NCBI GenBank assembly: GCA_017499595.2
Contig: CM039007.1
Location: 1,364,001-1,428,000, forward strand
DNA from: Psilocybe cubensis
Taxonomy: Eukaryota
Direction of reading: 5' to 3'
Length of the DNA: 64,000 nucleotides
Of this stretch, positions 15,093 to 29,526 are shown in pieces (within the stretch, counting starts at the first letter, position 1; each line of letters opens with the position of its first letter). The translations under genes and the position numbers were made by a program. The notes under the pieces are model-generated. The model was not told where the DNA came from and made no database searches. It saw only the letters and a list, made by a program, of their open reading frames with translations.

Positions 15093-15851
15093 CGACGCAC
15101 AATGTCACAAACGAGGACAGAAGCGCAGCACGATAAACGAGAGAGACAATGGAAGTCGAGTTTTGAGATTTGCCACAACCTGATAGGGCGTTCCGAATGC
15201 GGAAGTTATTTGTTAAAAATCGAGGATGACGGTGTTCAATCACAATATCAACATACCCCTTGGCATTTGACCAACATCTACATCGCTGAAGCACGCAATT
15301 TCCCCAGTCAGAAATTTGCTACACATACGCGCCGAAGCCTACTATAGTCTTTCTAAAACCTTATCTTATACATGAATATTGCTCCGGTACTACCCAGGGG
15401 AAGGGGACTCGGACGTTCCAAAACTCTGTCAACCGGCCTCCGCGTTACTATTTACACTATACAGTTGCCTATACCTTTAACTTTTTTCGACACACGAACG
15501 AACCCATTAGCTTTTGCTACGCTAATCACAATCAACTCGCACACTCGGACCTGCGCCAGTATTCGTCAACCCTGGAGAACAATACAAGCCAGTCAGTACC
15601 CATTCCTCCAATATAGGCTGCCCGCACATTAGCGTCTATTGGTTGGTGCAAAACTCTGCTAAGCTCTCTTCAACGTCAACAACTGTCAACCAGAATGCCG
15701 TTTTAGTGGAATGGGTTGCTGCCTTCCACTTGAGTCGCAAAAACCAACTTGTGTTCGCTACTAGCTATTAAAGCTTAGTTTGTCTAGAAGACTGGATTTC
15801 CTTACATATAGGTCAAAGACCCTTGGCGAATATCACGATTTAACGGTAACA

Positions 15852-17186
15852 ATGACTACCTCCCATTCGACCAACCATGTTGTTTTGAATCCGAATCTTT
15901 ACTTGAATTTTTTATCGCCAAAAGTGGCGCAACAGTTTGAATACTCTCGAGACCTATATCTTTCTACATTGGGGGTACGTAAGAGTTGGACGATAGTGGC
16001 ATTGTTGGATAATATCGAATAGCAAACAGGCGCTTCTCTGGGACATGTTAGTGACGCTGCCTGACGACATTGTACTTTTAAGGTCTGGGTTGTGTCCCGC
16101 CATGTGCGCATACATTGTTTCACGGTACGACTACATATTCCATTCCATTATCTTCCAGGATAATTTTTTTCCAGGGCTTCTACTTTAACCTATGTGCTTC
16201 TGTCGGTCGTGATAAAGAGTTGGTATTATTGTCTCACTCCCAATACGCAAACCCCGTACGTCCTCTGAAAACCGCATTTATTCAGCTCACGATGTTTGGC
16301 ACTGCAAAGCCATTGAATATGGTAATACCATTTTCTGGGTTCTGGGTTCAGGATCAACATCCTTTCTCTTCTTTCAGAGAGTAAAATCCGTGTACGCAGA
16401 CAAGAAGCTGATACGTTGGATTTTTATCCTTTTCTTCCTGGCGGATGTTGGCCTATCTTGCCTAGTACCCATTGGCTTTCACCTAGAGAGATTGGCAAAT
16501 ACCGGCTACTGCGTAAGCACAGTTGAAGCATTCTCCGCAGTCCCCACGTTTTCTCGCCTGGCCTTCGATCTTTGTGTATTTTTGGCAATCGCATTCCGCG
16601 TTGTGACAATGCAAGGCCTCTCCGGAGAGCAGGTGCAATGGAGAGCGATATTTTCTCAACAATATTCTAGTCGAATGATACGAGCGGCATTGCGAAGTGG
16701 GCAACAGTATTATTTGTGGGTGTTATGTGCCATTATGATCTTTCAGACTTTGATTAGAAACCTAGGATGTGTGTATGCGCTGATATACTTGTCGCAGGCC
16801 TTGTATTGACGCCGACGGTTCCTCAAACGTACCGAACTATGTTTATGGTTCCCAACCTAGCTTTGTACTCTTCTATGGCATGTCGAGTCTTTCGGAACCT
16901 TAAAATTACGGGTGATAAAGTTGACCATGCGATGTCCGACCTTTTATTCAAGAACTTTGGTCCTGTGGAATTCCCAAATCGCAGCAACAGACCCTCGGCA
17001 TCAATGAGCGCATATATAGCCTCTCCTACCAGTACTCTGCACCTGCCACCTCCTGACGTCCGCGTCCGCTCTGTCAGCACCACTTCGCTTCGCCCACGAG
17101 ATGGTGAGGTGGAGCGGTACTCAATTCTCAAAGTCAAGCCCGCCTCTAGATCGGCGGTAATATCGAGACCAGAACGCAATCCATAA
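15852..17186 (+). CDS. Multi-pass membrane protein of unknown function (basidiomycete family)
   Basis: Hydrophobic exons: LNPNLYLNFLSP, FRV..VYAD, FDLCVFLAIAFR, LRSGQQYYL, PNLALYSSMACRVFRNL. Ser/Pro-rich tail. Confidence 0.7.
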
Positions 17187-18010
17187 ACTTAGAGCAAACT
17201 AAGTTCAATCTTAGTAGGCAGCTTTGGCATGATAGGTAATAATTTATCTACTCTTTCAGCAATCCAGAAGAATCATTAATATTTCATTCCGACTAGGAGG
17301 CAGATAATGGCGCATACAAATCGACTAATTCTTTTGAATACCTGGTCAAGGAGCATTCGTGATCCACGATGTAGAAATAAAGTTTCAACTTGAACATTAT
17401 AATAATTTGGACACACTTTGTGGCTAAATGTGTCGATGAATGAGTCCTGAATTCTAGAATTCATGTCCGTCTCTCGAGTAACAAAATGTGTGATAAGTGA
17501 TACTGTTCAGTGTCAATATCGAGTCAGTGTGCACCTTTTGCTCTGGCACCGTTGCAAAACCTCAACCTTAACATAACGTAATAACCGGTTTCAATGATAT
17601 TCTGGTTTGAATACTCAGTTCCGAACTATCCGAAGGATAGCCAAATTTTAGACAAGTTGTGGAGTCTACAGCAGTACTACTACTACGACTAGTAATCAAT
17701 TCAGAGTCATCAGTACAACAGCATCTAATCTGATAACTGCGGTGGATATCCATAGCCGGACTGCGCCCATTCAAGAACTGGTGAACTCAATGGAACATCA
17801 AATTGCGTGGTGCATGTTCAATTATTATCAATAAGTTGGCGAGTGCCCGAAGTTCGACATTCAACGTTCAACGTTCAAACCTTATGCTGAATGATGATAT
17901 AAGTACATCACATTTGAAGGTATCTCGGATATCCTGAACTCAGTTCTAACGGTTTCACTGCGTCAGTTTTTTTTTTCAAACGATCATAATAAAGAGGCCA
18001 ACCAGCAAAC

Positions 18011-18854
18011 ATGCCTTTCTACAAATCCACAACTACAATCGAGGACTGGGCTCGTTCTGAGAAGTTCCATGATTCTTTCCTCCTCTCCAAAGACTACATT
18101 CTCGACGCTGTTGCTAACCACAGCGCCAGTCTCGGACTTCCAGACGTAGCTGTTTCCGAGTCCCAGGGCAAATTCCTGAATCTTCTCGCCCGGAGTATTG
18201 GTGCAAAGCGTATTCTTGAAATAGGAACTCTCGCAGGGTATGGCTCTCCTCATCATCCAAAGAGTTTCGTGAATTTAATCTATTTCGTAGATTCTCTGCA
18301 ATCCAATTCGCCCGTGCCGTTCCGGATGATGGTAATGTTACCACACTCGAGTTAGATCCTCTCCATGCCAAAGTAAAGCCTTTTCTTCCTATTTGAAAAG
18401 TTCTTTTGATACATATCTTCGTTAGGTCGCCTCAGAGAATTTTGAAAGAGCAGGCGTAGCCAAGAAAATCACCCTGTTAGTTGGACGCGCAGCAGACTCA
18501 TTGGTCGCATTGGATCCCGAGAAATTGTTCGATCTGGTTTTCATTGACGCCGATAAGTTGTCCAACGTCATATACTATACTGAAGCCAAACGCCTCCTTC
18601 GATCTGGGGGTATCATAGTCAGTATTTAGACTTCATTCATCCCGTACAATTAAACTCACCATCATCTTTCTCAGATCGTCGACAACGCAGTGTATGACGG
18701 AAAAGTTGCAGATCTTGAGTTCAATGACGACTGGGCGTTAGGTGTTCGTGAACTTCTTGCAGTGATGAAAGATGACAAGGAGGTAGAAGCCGTTACTATC
18801 CCAACTGTTGGAGCGAGAGGATTCGATGGTTTTATATACGCGATTCGGAAGTAG
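18011..18854 (+). CDS. SAM-dependent O-methyltransferase (Methyltransf_3 / CCoAOMT-like)
   Basis: QGKFLNLLARSIGAKRILEIGTLAGFS, FDLVFIDADK, GGII|IVDN, GFDGFIYAIRK*. Confidence 0.9.
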
Positions 18855-18929
18855 ATGAAGAATCCAGGCCATTAGATTTTTGTACTTATGTAAAAATAAG
18901 CAAAGGTTGAAGCGCTCGTTACACGACAG

Positions 18930-19869
18930 ATGGTTCCAAAAGAGCGAAAGGTGATTGAGGAGGCATCTGAGAAAAAAGACCCTTGGCACAGTGAAATATT
19001 GCCTATCTAAAAATAAACACCCTATTGACGAGAGCCTGGATGGAGCGTTCGATGAATCAGCTGAATCATATCTACGACTCAGTTTCGCACCTCTTGCACA
19101 AATAAATATCAGCATGCTTGGCCTCGACAAACTTACTCCAAACATCCGTCGCGTCAATCTCGCCTTCTGAAGAGTCAATATATGCCTCGGCACGCAACCC
19201 TTACTATACCTCTTGGTAAATGCAGACGTTTTATGACAGCGCGGCGCCACCATCCTACATTCGACATCCAAATGGAATGGAAATGAAAGAAATGGTCACT
19301 TTTCTGGATCAAGACCTATATGCTAGCGGATATGCATACGAGCCATATGAGCTGGCAACAAACTATACACGTAACCGGAAAATATTTGAACGTTTCCGAG
19401 CCCTAGAAATGAACCAATTTGCGCCTCGAGGCACGGTGTACGCAAGAGCTGCCGATGTCAGTAACAGATATCAATCTGAGCGTATGTTTACAGGTCTTGC
19501 ATCTTCTGTACTTCACTCATTTACCGACCATAAGTTTATGGGCGATGTGCCAGGGGAGAACATGAACAATCTACGAAATATGGACTCTGTGGGGTCTTAT
19601 CAGCAATCGTGAGCCATATCACGCGAATTCATATTCATGCAAGAGCACTTACTTTTGTACGCCCAGTTCCTCTTTCCAATTGGGCTACTTTGTTTGTTGT
19701 AAGCTCCTATACCGATCTCGTTGATAGAAAGCCTCTTATTGACGCTTTTCCAAAAGAAAAGATAAACATAACTTCTGCAAACGTTGCGGACAGCCATTAT
19801 AACCTCATCGTCAGAAAGATCTGTTGTGTATGGCACTCAGCTACTAGTTGGTGGTTTCTCGGTCCCTAG
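18930..19869 (+). pseudogene. Possible degraded coding remnant of unknown family
   Basis: Four consecutive protein-like + strand segments in different frames, separated by stops or frameshifts. No recognisable motif. Confidence 0.3.
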
Positions 19870-20700
19870 TCCAGTTCGTTTTTCTCTTGCTAAATTGCGG
19901 GCTTACGTCAAATTCAACAGTTTGAAGTTTACGAGTTAGGACAGTGTATCAACCTACGGATAGGTCGGCATATGTGAGCTACCTTAGTCGCATGTGCTAT
20001 AATGGCTAGGAGATGTAAATCCTTGAGCGGGAGGCACAGCATGCATAAAATTGCCGCTTACAGTTGTCATTATTGCATGCCCCTGGCCGCTTGTAGGATT
20101 TCCTTTCTGTTGGCAGGAGCAATATCAAACCGAAATCACTCACAGTTACTCATCGCCGCGTCCCGACATATGCCCTCCATGCATATCACAGTCAACAATG
20201 GCCGAAGTGTAGTCTCTGCCACAGCTTGTAGAAGTTCAACGCTATTTCTGCGTGTCATAGGAAAGAACACAAAGGAAGACACCTCAATCATTCGATACGC
20301 GATTGTTCATTATAGAGGGTGATGAGGGGTTCAGAAAAAGAGTCCTCGTCCATTTATTTAGGGTTGTGCAGGGTATGTAGTCGATGATCTCCGCATTGAG
20401 AGTGTGGTTCATAGCCACCGGGACTTTGCATCCATGCAGAAAATAATTCCCAGAAGGCATACTTGTTTATCCAAGCTGGCCATAGTATGCCATGTTCATG
20501 TGTTCCAGTGGCTCTAAATACTGTATAATTATCCCCTGGGTGTACGAAATAGCGAAGAGGCAATTACGAATGTTGGGTGTCGGTGGCAAGTTGGTGGCGG
20601 GGCAGTAACAAGCACGGACAATCAAAACAGGATTGATCGTGAGTCGTGACTGTATAGACCTCACCACTAGCACCCATCATATCCACCTACCTCAACATCC

Positions 20701-23375
20701 ATGAGCATACGTGCGCCTCGCAAGGGTGAAAACTATGAGCTCAGTGTCGACTTGAACAGCGAGTATCGCGAAAAGCGCAAGGATGCCATCAAACGCACCA
20801 TCGCCTCTATGACTGTAGGAAAAGGTGCGACACTAAGATCTGCATTGTGTAATATCGGCAATAATCCTTTTCTAAGATGTCAGCGGACTCTTTCCTGATG
20901 TTCTTAAGAACATGCAAACAGACGATCTCGAGCAGAAGAAGCTTGTCTATCTGTACTTGATGAACTACGCGAAGACTCAACCAGAGCTCGTCATTTTGGC
21001 AGTCAATACCTTCGTCAAGGATACGGACGACCCCAATCCCCTTGTGAGGGCGTTAGCGATCCGGACGATGGGTTGTTTACGCGCGGAAAAGATAATCGAC
21101 TACCTATGCGACCCTCTACAAAAATGTCTACGGGACGAGAACCCCTACGTTCGCAAAACTGCGGCTCTCTGCGTGGCAAAACTTTACGATCTTAAACCGG
21201 AGTTGGTGATCGATAATGGCTTCTTAGAACAGTTGCATGAGATGATTGCAGACAGTAATCCTATGGTGAGTCTACTTGACTTCCAGCAGTAAATCCTTTC
21301 TTGTCTAAGCATCCGCAAAGGTCGTCGCAAATACCGTCGCGGCGTTGACAGATATCCACATTGCCGCCACTTCACAGCCCGGGACATCGTCTTCTGATCC
21401 TGGAGTCTTTGTCATTACGACCTCCATTCTCAACAAGCTCTTGATCGCCCTGAACGAGTGTTCTGAATGGGGCCGTGTAGCTATCCTAAATGCTTTGGCT
21501 CGATATGTTGCGCAGGATGAGAAGGAGAGTGAACATATCTGTGAACGAGTCGTGCCACAGTTCCAACATGTAAACGGGAGTGTTGTCCTTGCCGCCGTCA
21601 AGGTATGTACTTCATGCAATACATTCAATTCAGTGAACTCAGAACTTATAGGTTATCATGATTCACATGCGTGGTGTACGCCGAGAAGAACTCACGAAAC
21701 AACTTGTCCGCAAAATGGCACCACCATTAGTCACATTGCTATCATCTCCCCCAGAAGTCCAGTGGGTCGCATTGAGAAACATTAATCTGCTTCTCCAGAA
21801 GCGGCCTGATGTCTTATCAAATGAAATGCGTGTCTTTTTCTGCAAATACAACGACCCCCTATACGTGAAAGTTGAAAAGTTGGATATCATGGTTCGATTA
21901 GCCTCAGAAAATAACGTCGATGCACTACTAAGTGAACTGAAGGAGTATGCGTCGTTGTTTCTTCGATACTGTGTAAAATCTGATAGTGATGGTATAGGTA
22001 TTCTTCGGAAGTGGATGTTGACTTCGTACGGAAAAGCATCAAAGCCATTGGTCAAACAGCTATCAAAATCGAATCTGCGGCAGAGCGATGTGTAAATGTC
22101 CTGCTGGACTTGATATCAACACGTGTCAGTTACGTTGTGCAAGAAGCTGTTGTGGTCATGAAGGTATTTTGACTAGTCGCCTTTCTGGAAAGAAAATTTC
22201 ATGACATCTTTTATCAGGATATTTTCCGAAAGTATCCATCAACATACGAGGGGATCATCCCAGTTCTTTGCTCAAATCTTGATGAGCTCGATGAACCAGA
22301 GGCTAAAGCATCTCTCATCTGGATTATCGGAGAATACGCGAATACAATTGACAACGCTGATGAATTGCTCGGAATATTTGTTGATAGTTTCACTGAGGAA
22401 GCATATCCAGTACGTGAATCGCGCAACTTTGACATTGGTGTCTAACTGAACAAATTAGGTGCAACTACAAACGCTAACAGCAGTAGTTAAGTTATTCTTG
22501 AAGAAACCGGACTCGTCACAGGGCATTGTTCAGAAGGTCCTAAATACAGCAACGAAAGATTGTGACTCCCCTGATGTCCGCGATCGTGCATATATTTATT
22601 GGCGTCTGCTCTCCATGGACCCTGCCGCTGCGAAGGTACATTCGTCGCTTTCTTCAAACATTAGAAATTGTATAGCTGACTTTTTTTCGTTCTTTTGGTA
22701 AGGCTGTTGTCCTTGCTCATCGTCCACCCATCTCGATCCCTCGGACAACTGTGGCGCCAGCACTCCTGGAAGAGCTTCTTGGAGAAGTTGGCAGTCTGGC
22801 TAGTGTCTATCATAAACCTGCTGAAACCTTCATTGGAAAAGGAAGAGTCGGGGCGGACTCCGTGCGCAAAGGTGGAGAGTAAGTGGAGAGTGACATTTTA
22901 GCAAATAAAAATGCTGATCAGTGTAAAGTAGACTCTCCGAGGATCAATTCTCCACGCAAAAGGCGTTACAAACCGTTGTTGCTGGTCAACAGGCGGAGAA
23001 CCTGCTGTAAGATTGTATTTTATGCTTAGTCTTCTTGTTTTGAACATTTATTTGTTTGTTATCAGTGACTTCGACGATGGACCTGGGCTCGAAGGCCAGC
23101 CGTCAGGGTTGGCAGCTACCGAAGTACTTTCCAACACACCTGCCGCTGCCAATCTGCTCGCCGGTACATCAAGCAATCCCCTGGATGACTTGGTTTCAAT
23201 ATTTGGTGGAGGAGGGTCTGGAGGACTATCTTTGGCACCCTCTACCTTTGGCGGTGGTGGATTCGGTATGCCAATAACACCCGCTCCTGTTACTCCTGCT
23301 TCTGGATACCCGGCCTCCAAGCCTAATGTACAATCACCACCCCAGCAACAGGACGACCTTCTAGGGTTGTTCTGA
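20701..23375 (+). CDS. APL2: Adaptor protein complex beta subunit (beta-adaptin, probably AP-1 beta)
   Basis: [68 protein letters not shown]. Clathrin-box-like NLL(D)FDD and DLLGLF tail. AP-1 versus AP-2 is from recall only. Confidence 0.88.
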
Positions 23376-23991
23376 CCCATTTGTGCTTTCACATCTCCTG
23401 GTGTTTCAGGGGTTTGGTTCCAATACTTCGCCTTCTCTTGCATACTTACTGTTTGTGCCCTTCTATTACATCATTTTGCTATTTTTCTCTTTATTCGGGT
23501 TCAATTTCTAATGAATTTAGAACCTGATCTCAGCACTCTTTTCTTGTATGGAGATCAGCAGTGAAAGGCCCCTATGAGCATTGTTGAGTAATCGAATGGT
23601 GAAATTGATCACAACTGCGTACATAGCTCATTCGTCGGGCGCCAAAACGCAGTTACGTAATTATCTTGTCCAATGGCACAGAGCTCATGATATACTTAAT
23701 CATCAAGGATCGTGGATATTTCGAAATGTATCTGGCAGACTTTTTACTAAACCATAAACCTGGACGGATTTAGATGGACCCAAGTTTCAGGCATGCTCTC
23801 CGCCATTCACCGTTTTTCCCGCACTTCTGGATTTACTAGCCAGTCACTTTGCAATTTCAACTTTAAATGGATGGCAGGGATTGCTGGTTGTGTTCGCTGA
23901 ACATATATTCTGTTGAAAATTGGTAATCTCGGTCCATGGATGACTGTATAAGAGCAGGAAAACTACGTAAATCTTGTCCAAATATTCTTAA

Positions 23992-24376
23992 ATGGCTTCA
24001 ACTACCGACGCGCAGCGCAAAGAATGGGCGCAAGTTTACGAGGTAACTCTAGCTTATACCTGACCCAACATCAGCTTCTCATCGGCTCTGACCCCATCCT
24101 ATGTATAATCACCGACCTCGATGCCCGATATCTTTACAATATACATATCACAGTTTCACATCCAATCCTCAAGGCCTCAAGTCTCATGACATGTTGTCGC
24201 CTGACATATCGGCGGTCCTTGGAGACAATAATACATCGAGTGATGAACCCGCACCTTACATACAGTTCCATTTCAATGGTATGGTTCTCAGATGGAGATA
24301 GCATACTCAGAAAAGAAGTTGGATACTTCCAACAGGAGCTCCAGAGGAAATGTTCCGCAATGACACGGCTGACTGA
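23992..24376 (+). CDS. Possible small spliced hypothetical gene or remnant
   Basis: ATG exon MASTTDAQRKEWAQVYE followed by a GTAACT donor, and a later exon ending at a GTATGG donor. No homology recognised. Confidence 0.25.
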
Positions 24377-26808
24377 AAAATTACTGCTATTTTGGAATGG
24401 AATCACGGTTCGGAATTTAGTGACCATTGCTTATGCAAATCCTGGATAGATTGAATAGTGTAAAGGTTCTTTAATAAGGTAATGTAGAGTTCGGTAGATT
24501 CACCGTCCGTATGACATTGGGTAATGGGCAGTCGTCACTCCATGTAGCATTGAACGGATTGCCATATGGGAAAAAATGTAGACCTACCCTACATACTAGT
24601 ACAATTCAGTAGCCGAATTGTAATAAAATTGACCGTGATGAAAACTCTCAAAAATAAACTTTCTGTTCACTCCTCTCATGAATGGGGTTGAAATCAGTCG
24701 CATTTGATTGCACCTCGAGAGCTTTACTAATCTTTATAGCTGTCTGCTCTAGGCTTGGAGTCGATTTCATTTCGACGGTCGACTGTAAATGATCGCCATT
24801 CTCCGATTTAAACTTAAACTTCTGGAACAATCAGCTAAGCTTGACTTGCTTGTCTTACCAGTATATACCGTCGTCTGATTTTACTTGCTGTGTATCAACA
24901 GATCCATGTGCGGCGCCTGCTGATATTGTTGATAGACTTATCATCTTAGCGCCTCCTAGCAAAGATTTCGTCATTACTGCGCAGCAAATCGGCGATGGCC
25001 AAATAACTTCATGCTGAGTATGAGCGTCCGTGTTTGGCTGTAACATTATTATTATTGTAGGGATTATCTACGTTATACAGATTGCGGTCGTTGATATAAT
25101 TATTTCTTTCCTACAAGTCGGCTAGTTTAGAACGACGCCACATCATGTTGCAACAGCCTCAAAATATGGACCGTATGAAGTTCTATTTTAAGATCAATAA
25201 TGCCCCATGAGGAGCGATACTTAAGTTCAAGAAATAAAGGGCCGAGCTCTTAACAATGTCCTAGAATACATTAAACAGGCTTTGAGTCCCAAGTAAGATT
25301 TTGCACTGTCTTTACGGATTCCGTGTCGGCTCTAACTTTCAGCCAAGCTCGTTGTTAGATCGGGAGGAATGTTTGCGCATGGGTATTCCTCGGTAGCATC
25401 AATTCCTACATATGGCTGAGCATACACCGGCAATCGGGCGTAGGACCACGACATAAGTAGATAAGCTTGGGAAGCTGATAAGAAGCATGCCACAAGAAGT
25501 TGACGTAAAGTCCCAATAACAGTTCTCAGCGAGTCCCAGAATAGAACCGACGATACAACCCCATCATCCGACAATCCCTAAGTTGAAGACTGGTTCTGTG
25601 AATGAATTATAATTATGACCAAAGATAACAATGTCAACTAGGCTTCAGTGTGATTTGAGGGTGGCCCTCTCAGTGACATTATCTCAAAAGAGAAGAATAT
25701 ATCATGACAGCCCTGAGAGATAAAATGTAGAAGGTCAACAGAATCTGTAGTCGTCATTTTCTAGTAAAAAACTCATCAGAAATAATAAAGCGAGAATTTA
25801 TACAGCGAAAACATCTCAAACTAGTATGCGCTTGGCGCCAGTGCCACTGACGCGCAGCGGTGTCTTATTTTACACGTGATGTGAATTTATGCGAAAAATA
25901 AAATGAATATTTCTTCAGAACTATCGTTACATCCAAACTATAGCTTGAACTGCACCCACTACGATCCTGTTGTCCATAAATCAATCACACGTCACCAGTC
26001 TACATACTGCTCAATGTTGGATTGAAAATTCGAAAAAGATATAAAGCTCGGATCCCTACTACTACTAGTAGTAGTAGTAACCCTTTCTGGACTTGCTATC
26101 CAACCCTTGGATGCGATATTGTCAGGACATGTTGGGAAATTTTCACGTATACAGGCTTATTGAGCCTTTCCCGCCAGGAGCCGGTTCCTTGTACTAAAAG
26201 CTCGATTGCCTCTAGTTTGGTGTATCAGGAGAGCGACAAGATCGGGGTTTTTCATCTTCCCTGTGAAGTTATCTCTTTTCATCATGCCATCAACGGCAGA
26301 CGAAAGGGACAAAAAGAACCAAGGTTATATATGAACGTGTCCTTTCTTTGTCCAGTCGCAGCTTCTTGAGCTGACTTGACATACCGCAAGCCATGCCTAT
26401 TCCATTCATCGGACCTTCACCTTTCGACTCTTTTTGCGGCAAGCGTCAGAATTTGCCTTCGTGGCCCCCATTCAACGTCATTTCTGCCACACTTACACGA
26501 CGGGGTTTTGCTATCTGCGCCTAGAACGGCAATGTCCAAGCAGTGCAACCGCGGTTGTGCATCTCGGTCCGTGCTTTCAGTTGGGGCATTCTCCCTGATG
26601 TGAATTATCACGAGTGCCTTCAGAAAGGAATACACCAGCGACCCTGTCTGTGACAGCCTGTTCAAACTATAATTTCCGATTTCTATTTTGGCGAATGCAC
26701 ATTGCCACCTGTCAAAAAATTCTGCGGGTCCTGTTAAAAGGGCACCCCTTTTCCACAAGGACAGACTTGTTAATTTCTACCTCCCCACATTTCTTGTAGT
26801 CTTTGGTC

Positions 26809-29170
26809 ATGGGTCTTGCTTTTCTTTCGCGCTTTCTTTCTGTGGAAAGCGCGTTTGGCACGGTCATTTTTCTATCAGTCATTCTTCTTGCCTATCGGAT
26901 ATTTTCACCTTCTAGCAACAATCTGCCTCCTGGGCCTAAGCCGTTACCAATAATCGGGAACGCTTTGCAAATGCCTACCGACCTTATGGAAGAAGTATTT
27001 ACTGAGTGGGGAGCGCAATACGGTGAGCCTTGGCATAGGCGAATATCGCGTAACTAACTTTGTACAGGTGATATCGTGCATATCAGTGTATTTGGGCAGC
27101 CAATGCTCGTTCTAAACAGTCTTCAAGCCGCTAGAGACCTGCTTGATAGAAGAAGTTCGATATATTCAGACAGGCCACGATTTGTACTCTTATCTGAATT
27201 GTAGGGGTCATTTCAACGATGCTACCTATCCTTTAATTATTCATGCTAACATGACTACCGTTTCAGAATGGGGTGGAGTAGTGCGTCAACGCATGTGAGA
27301 TAGTGCGCATGGCTTCTCCCTTAAGCCTCTGTATGCGCGTTAATTTCTACTCTCTAGTGGACCGCGATTCAGAAAGCATCGCCGATTTATAAATCAAGTT
27401 TTCAATCACCGAGCCATTGCCGCTTTTCGGCCTCTCCAGATGAAGGAAACAGTGATTCTTCTGGAGTCAATGTTGCACAATCCCGACCATTTTGTCGATC
27501 ATTTTAGGCGGTAAATACCTATCTTCATAGGTAAAATAATTTTGCTAATGCTACAATCTGAATAGATTTGCTGCAGCCACTATACTGAAAATCACGTATG
27601 GACACGACGTCGTTTCAGTTGATGACCTTTTTGTCCGGTTAGGTGCACGATGCTTGACACTACGCCTATATTTTTTTACTGATCCACTTTCATTGCGGAC
27701 AGCGGAGCGTGCTGGTAGCCTGACCGTCGAGGCTGGTTCGGCTGCGGCAAATTTGGTCGATTTTTTTCCGTCCATGAGGTAACTCTCATAAATGTCTCTA
27801 AAAATCTGGCTACCAATACCAGAGATTGCACCAGGCATATACCTACTTGGGCTCCATTTTCTACATTCAAAATCAAAGCACTTGAATGCCGTAAAGCGGT
27901 TGAAGCCATGATGGACGTCCCTTTTGAACAAGTAAAGGCCGACATGGTATGTCAGATTCTTTAGCTCGTGAAAGTCATATGTGGCGCGAGGATTCGCATT
28001 CATCTTTTCTCAGAAATCAGGAACCGCTGTTCCGTCGTATACGTCGATGCTGCTCGACGGCCATCGTGATTCTGACGGGTCTATTGCGCCTGAAGATGAG
28101 GAGGATATCAAAGGATCGGCTGGGACATTGCTGGCTGGTATGGGTCATTTAGGCTTCCTCTTTCTCTTTCCGTCTCATTGCGTAATTGACCATACGATTT
28201 TTCCTTTATCACAGCGGCTGAGGATACAGTAAGTGTACGAAATGCTCGGGGGAAAGGATAAGACGAGTCTCAAGTACTTCATCTTAGACCATTGCATCGA
28301 TGCATACGTTTGTTCTTGCGATGGTTCTCAACCCGCACGAATTTAAAAAAGCACAGGAAGAGATAGATTTGGTGGTTGGCCGGCAGCGCCTTCCTACTCT
28401 CGACGATAGGCCTTCTCTTCCATATTTCGATTGTGTCTTGAAGGAGGTTCTTCGGTAAGCTTGTGACCCCTCCCTTGATATGCGGGGACTTTGGAGCTGA
28501 TTCAATAAAACCTTTGGGTCTGAAGTTGGAGTCCTATGGTCCCTTTAGGCATGCCCCATCGGCTCATGGAGGATGACTTCTACCGAGAGTTCTTCATCCA
28601 AGAGGGTACAATCGTCATGGCAAACATATAGTAAGCCTCCCCGGACCTAATGCTCACGCGTCCCGGCTGATAACTTGGTTTACAACAAGTGCTATTTTAC
28701 GAGACTGTGACGAACCTGATGCATTCAAGCCACAGCGTTACCTCGATGATGAGACTCTACCTGATCCTTTAGGGGTCATATTCGGTTTCGGAAGACGGCA
28801 AGTCGTCATATGTATTCAGTTGGGTAAGCTAACATTTTGATAACTAGGATATGCCCTGGCAGGCATCTGGCGGAAGCCAATTATTGGACCATGGCCGCGG
28901 CTATGGTTTCATCATTCAACATATCTAGGGCAGTGGACGAACATGGAAACGAAGTTGGTAAAGCCAAATATGAATTTACACATGGATTCGTACGGTTAGT
29001 CTCATTGAATTTTCGTATTTGCGCACATCTTCTGATTATCTTGTTTTTTGCTCGTACAATGTGACCTCTTTGCTTGCAGCCATCCTAAGCCCTTCAGGTG
29101 TTCCATAAAACCTCGATCATCGAACTTGTCCAGCATCATCAATGAGGCAAGGTTAGGGCTCGACTCATAG
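26809..29170 (+). CDS. Cytochrome P450 monooxygenase
   Basis: N-terminal TM plus [19 protein letters not shown]-helix AGTLLA|AAEDT, KEVLR (ExxR), FKPQRY, heme motif [14 protein letters not shown]. Confidence 0.95.
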
Positions 29171-29526
29171 TTGGAGCTCTGCCTATACCAATGGGCAGAG
29201 ATAGCACCATTCATCAACCTCCAACCCCTTTGCTGAAGTGATAATTACAGTTCATGCTCATGGGTTCCTAGTGATTGATGAATTCACCTTTCCCCAGCTA
29301 ACCTTGCACGCCCTTTTCGTTCCTTTTCAACAGCGACGCTCGTTTCATGGACTTCACTTTCTTTTACTTTCGGTTAATTTCTTTTTCTGGAATGTTCTAG
29401 AGACTACCACAGGAAATTGCTCTGTATTTATTGTAATATCAATTCGTGGAACTATCGTGACTCTCACTTTCCTCTACTCAGTAGCTGTCGTTTTGTGAAT
29501 ACTCTACTACAGTAATTCTGTAGATC

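Noticed and set aside
26056-26077. 22-bp palindrome CTACTACTACTAGTAGTAGTAG, and (TAG)n near 60610
   Set aside because: Simple trinucleotide microsatellites with no other support.
18011-29170. Secondary-metabolite cluster (O-methyltransferase + P450 + GMC oxidases)
   Set aside because: No PKS, NRPS or terpene synthase backbone gene, and the genes are interspersed with housekeeping loci (DIS3, adaptin, MsrA).
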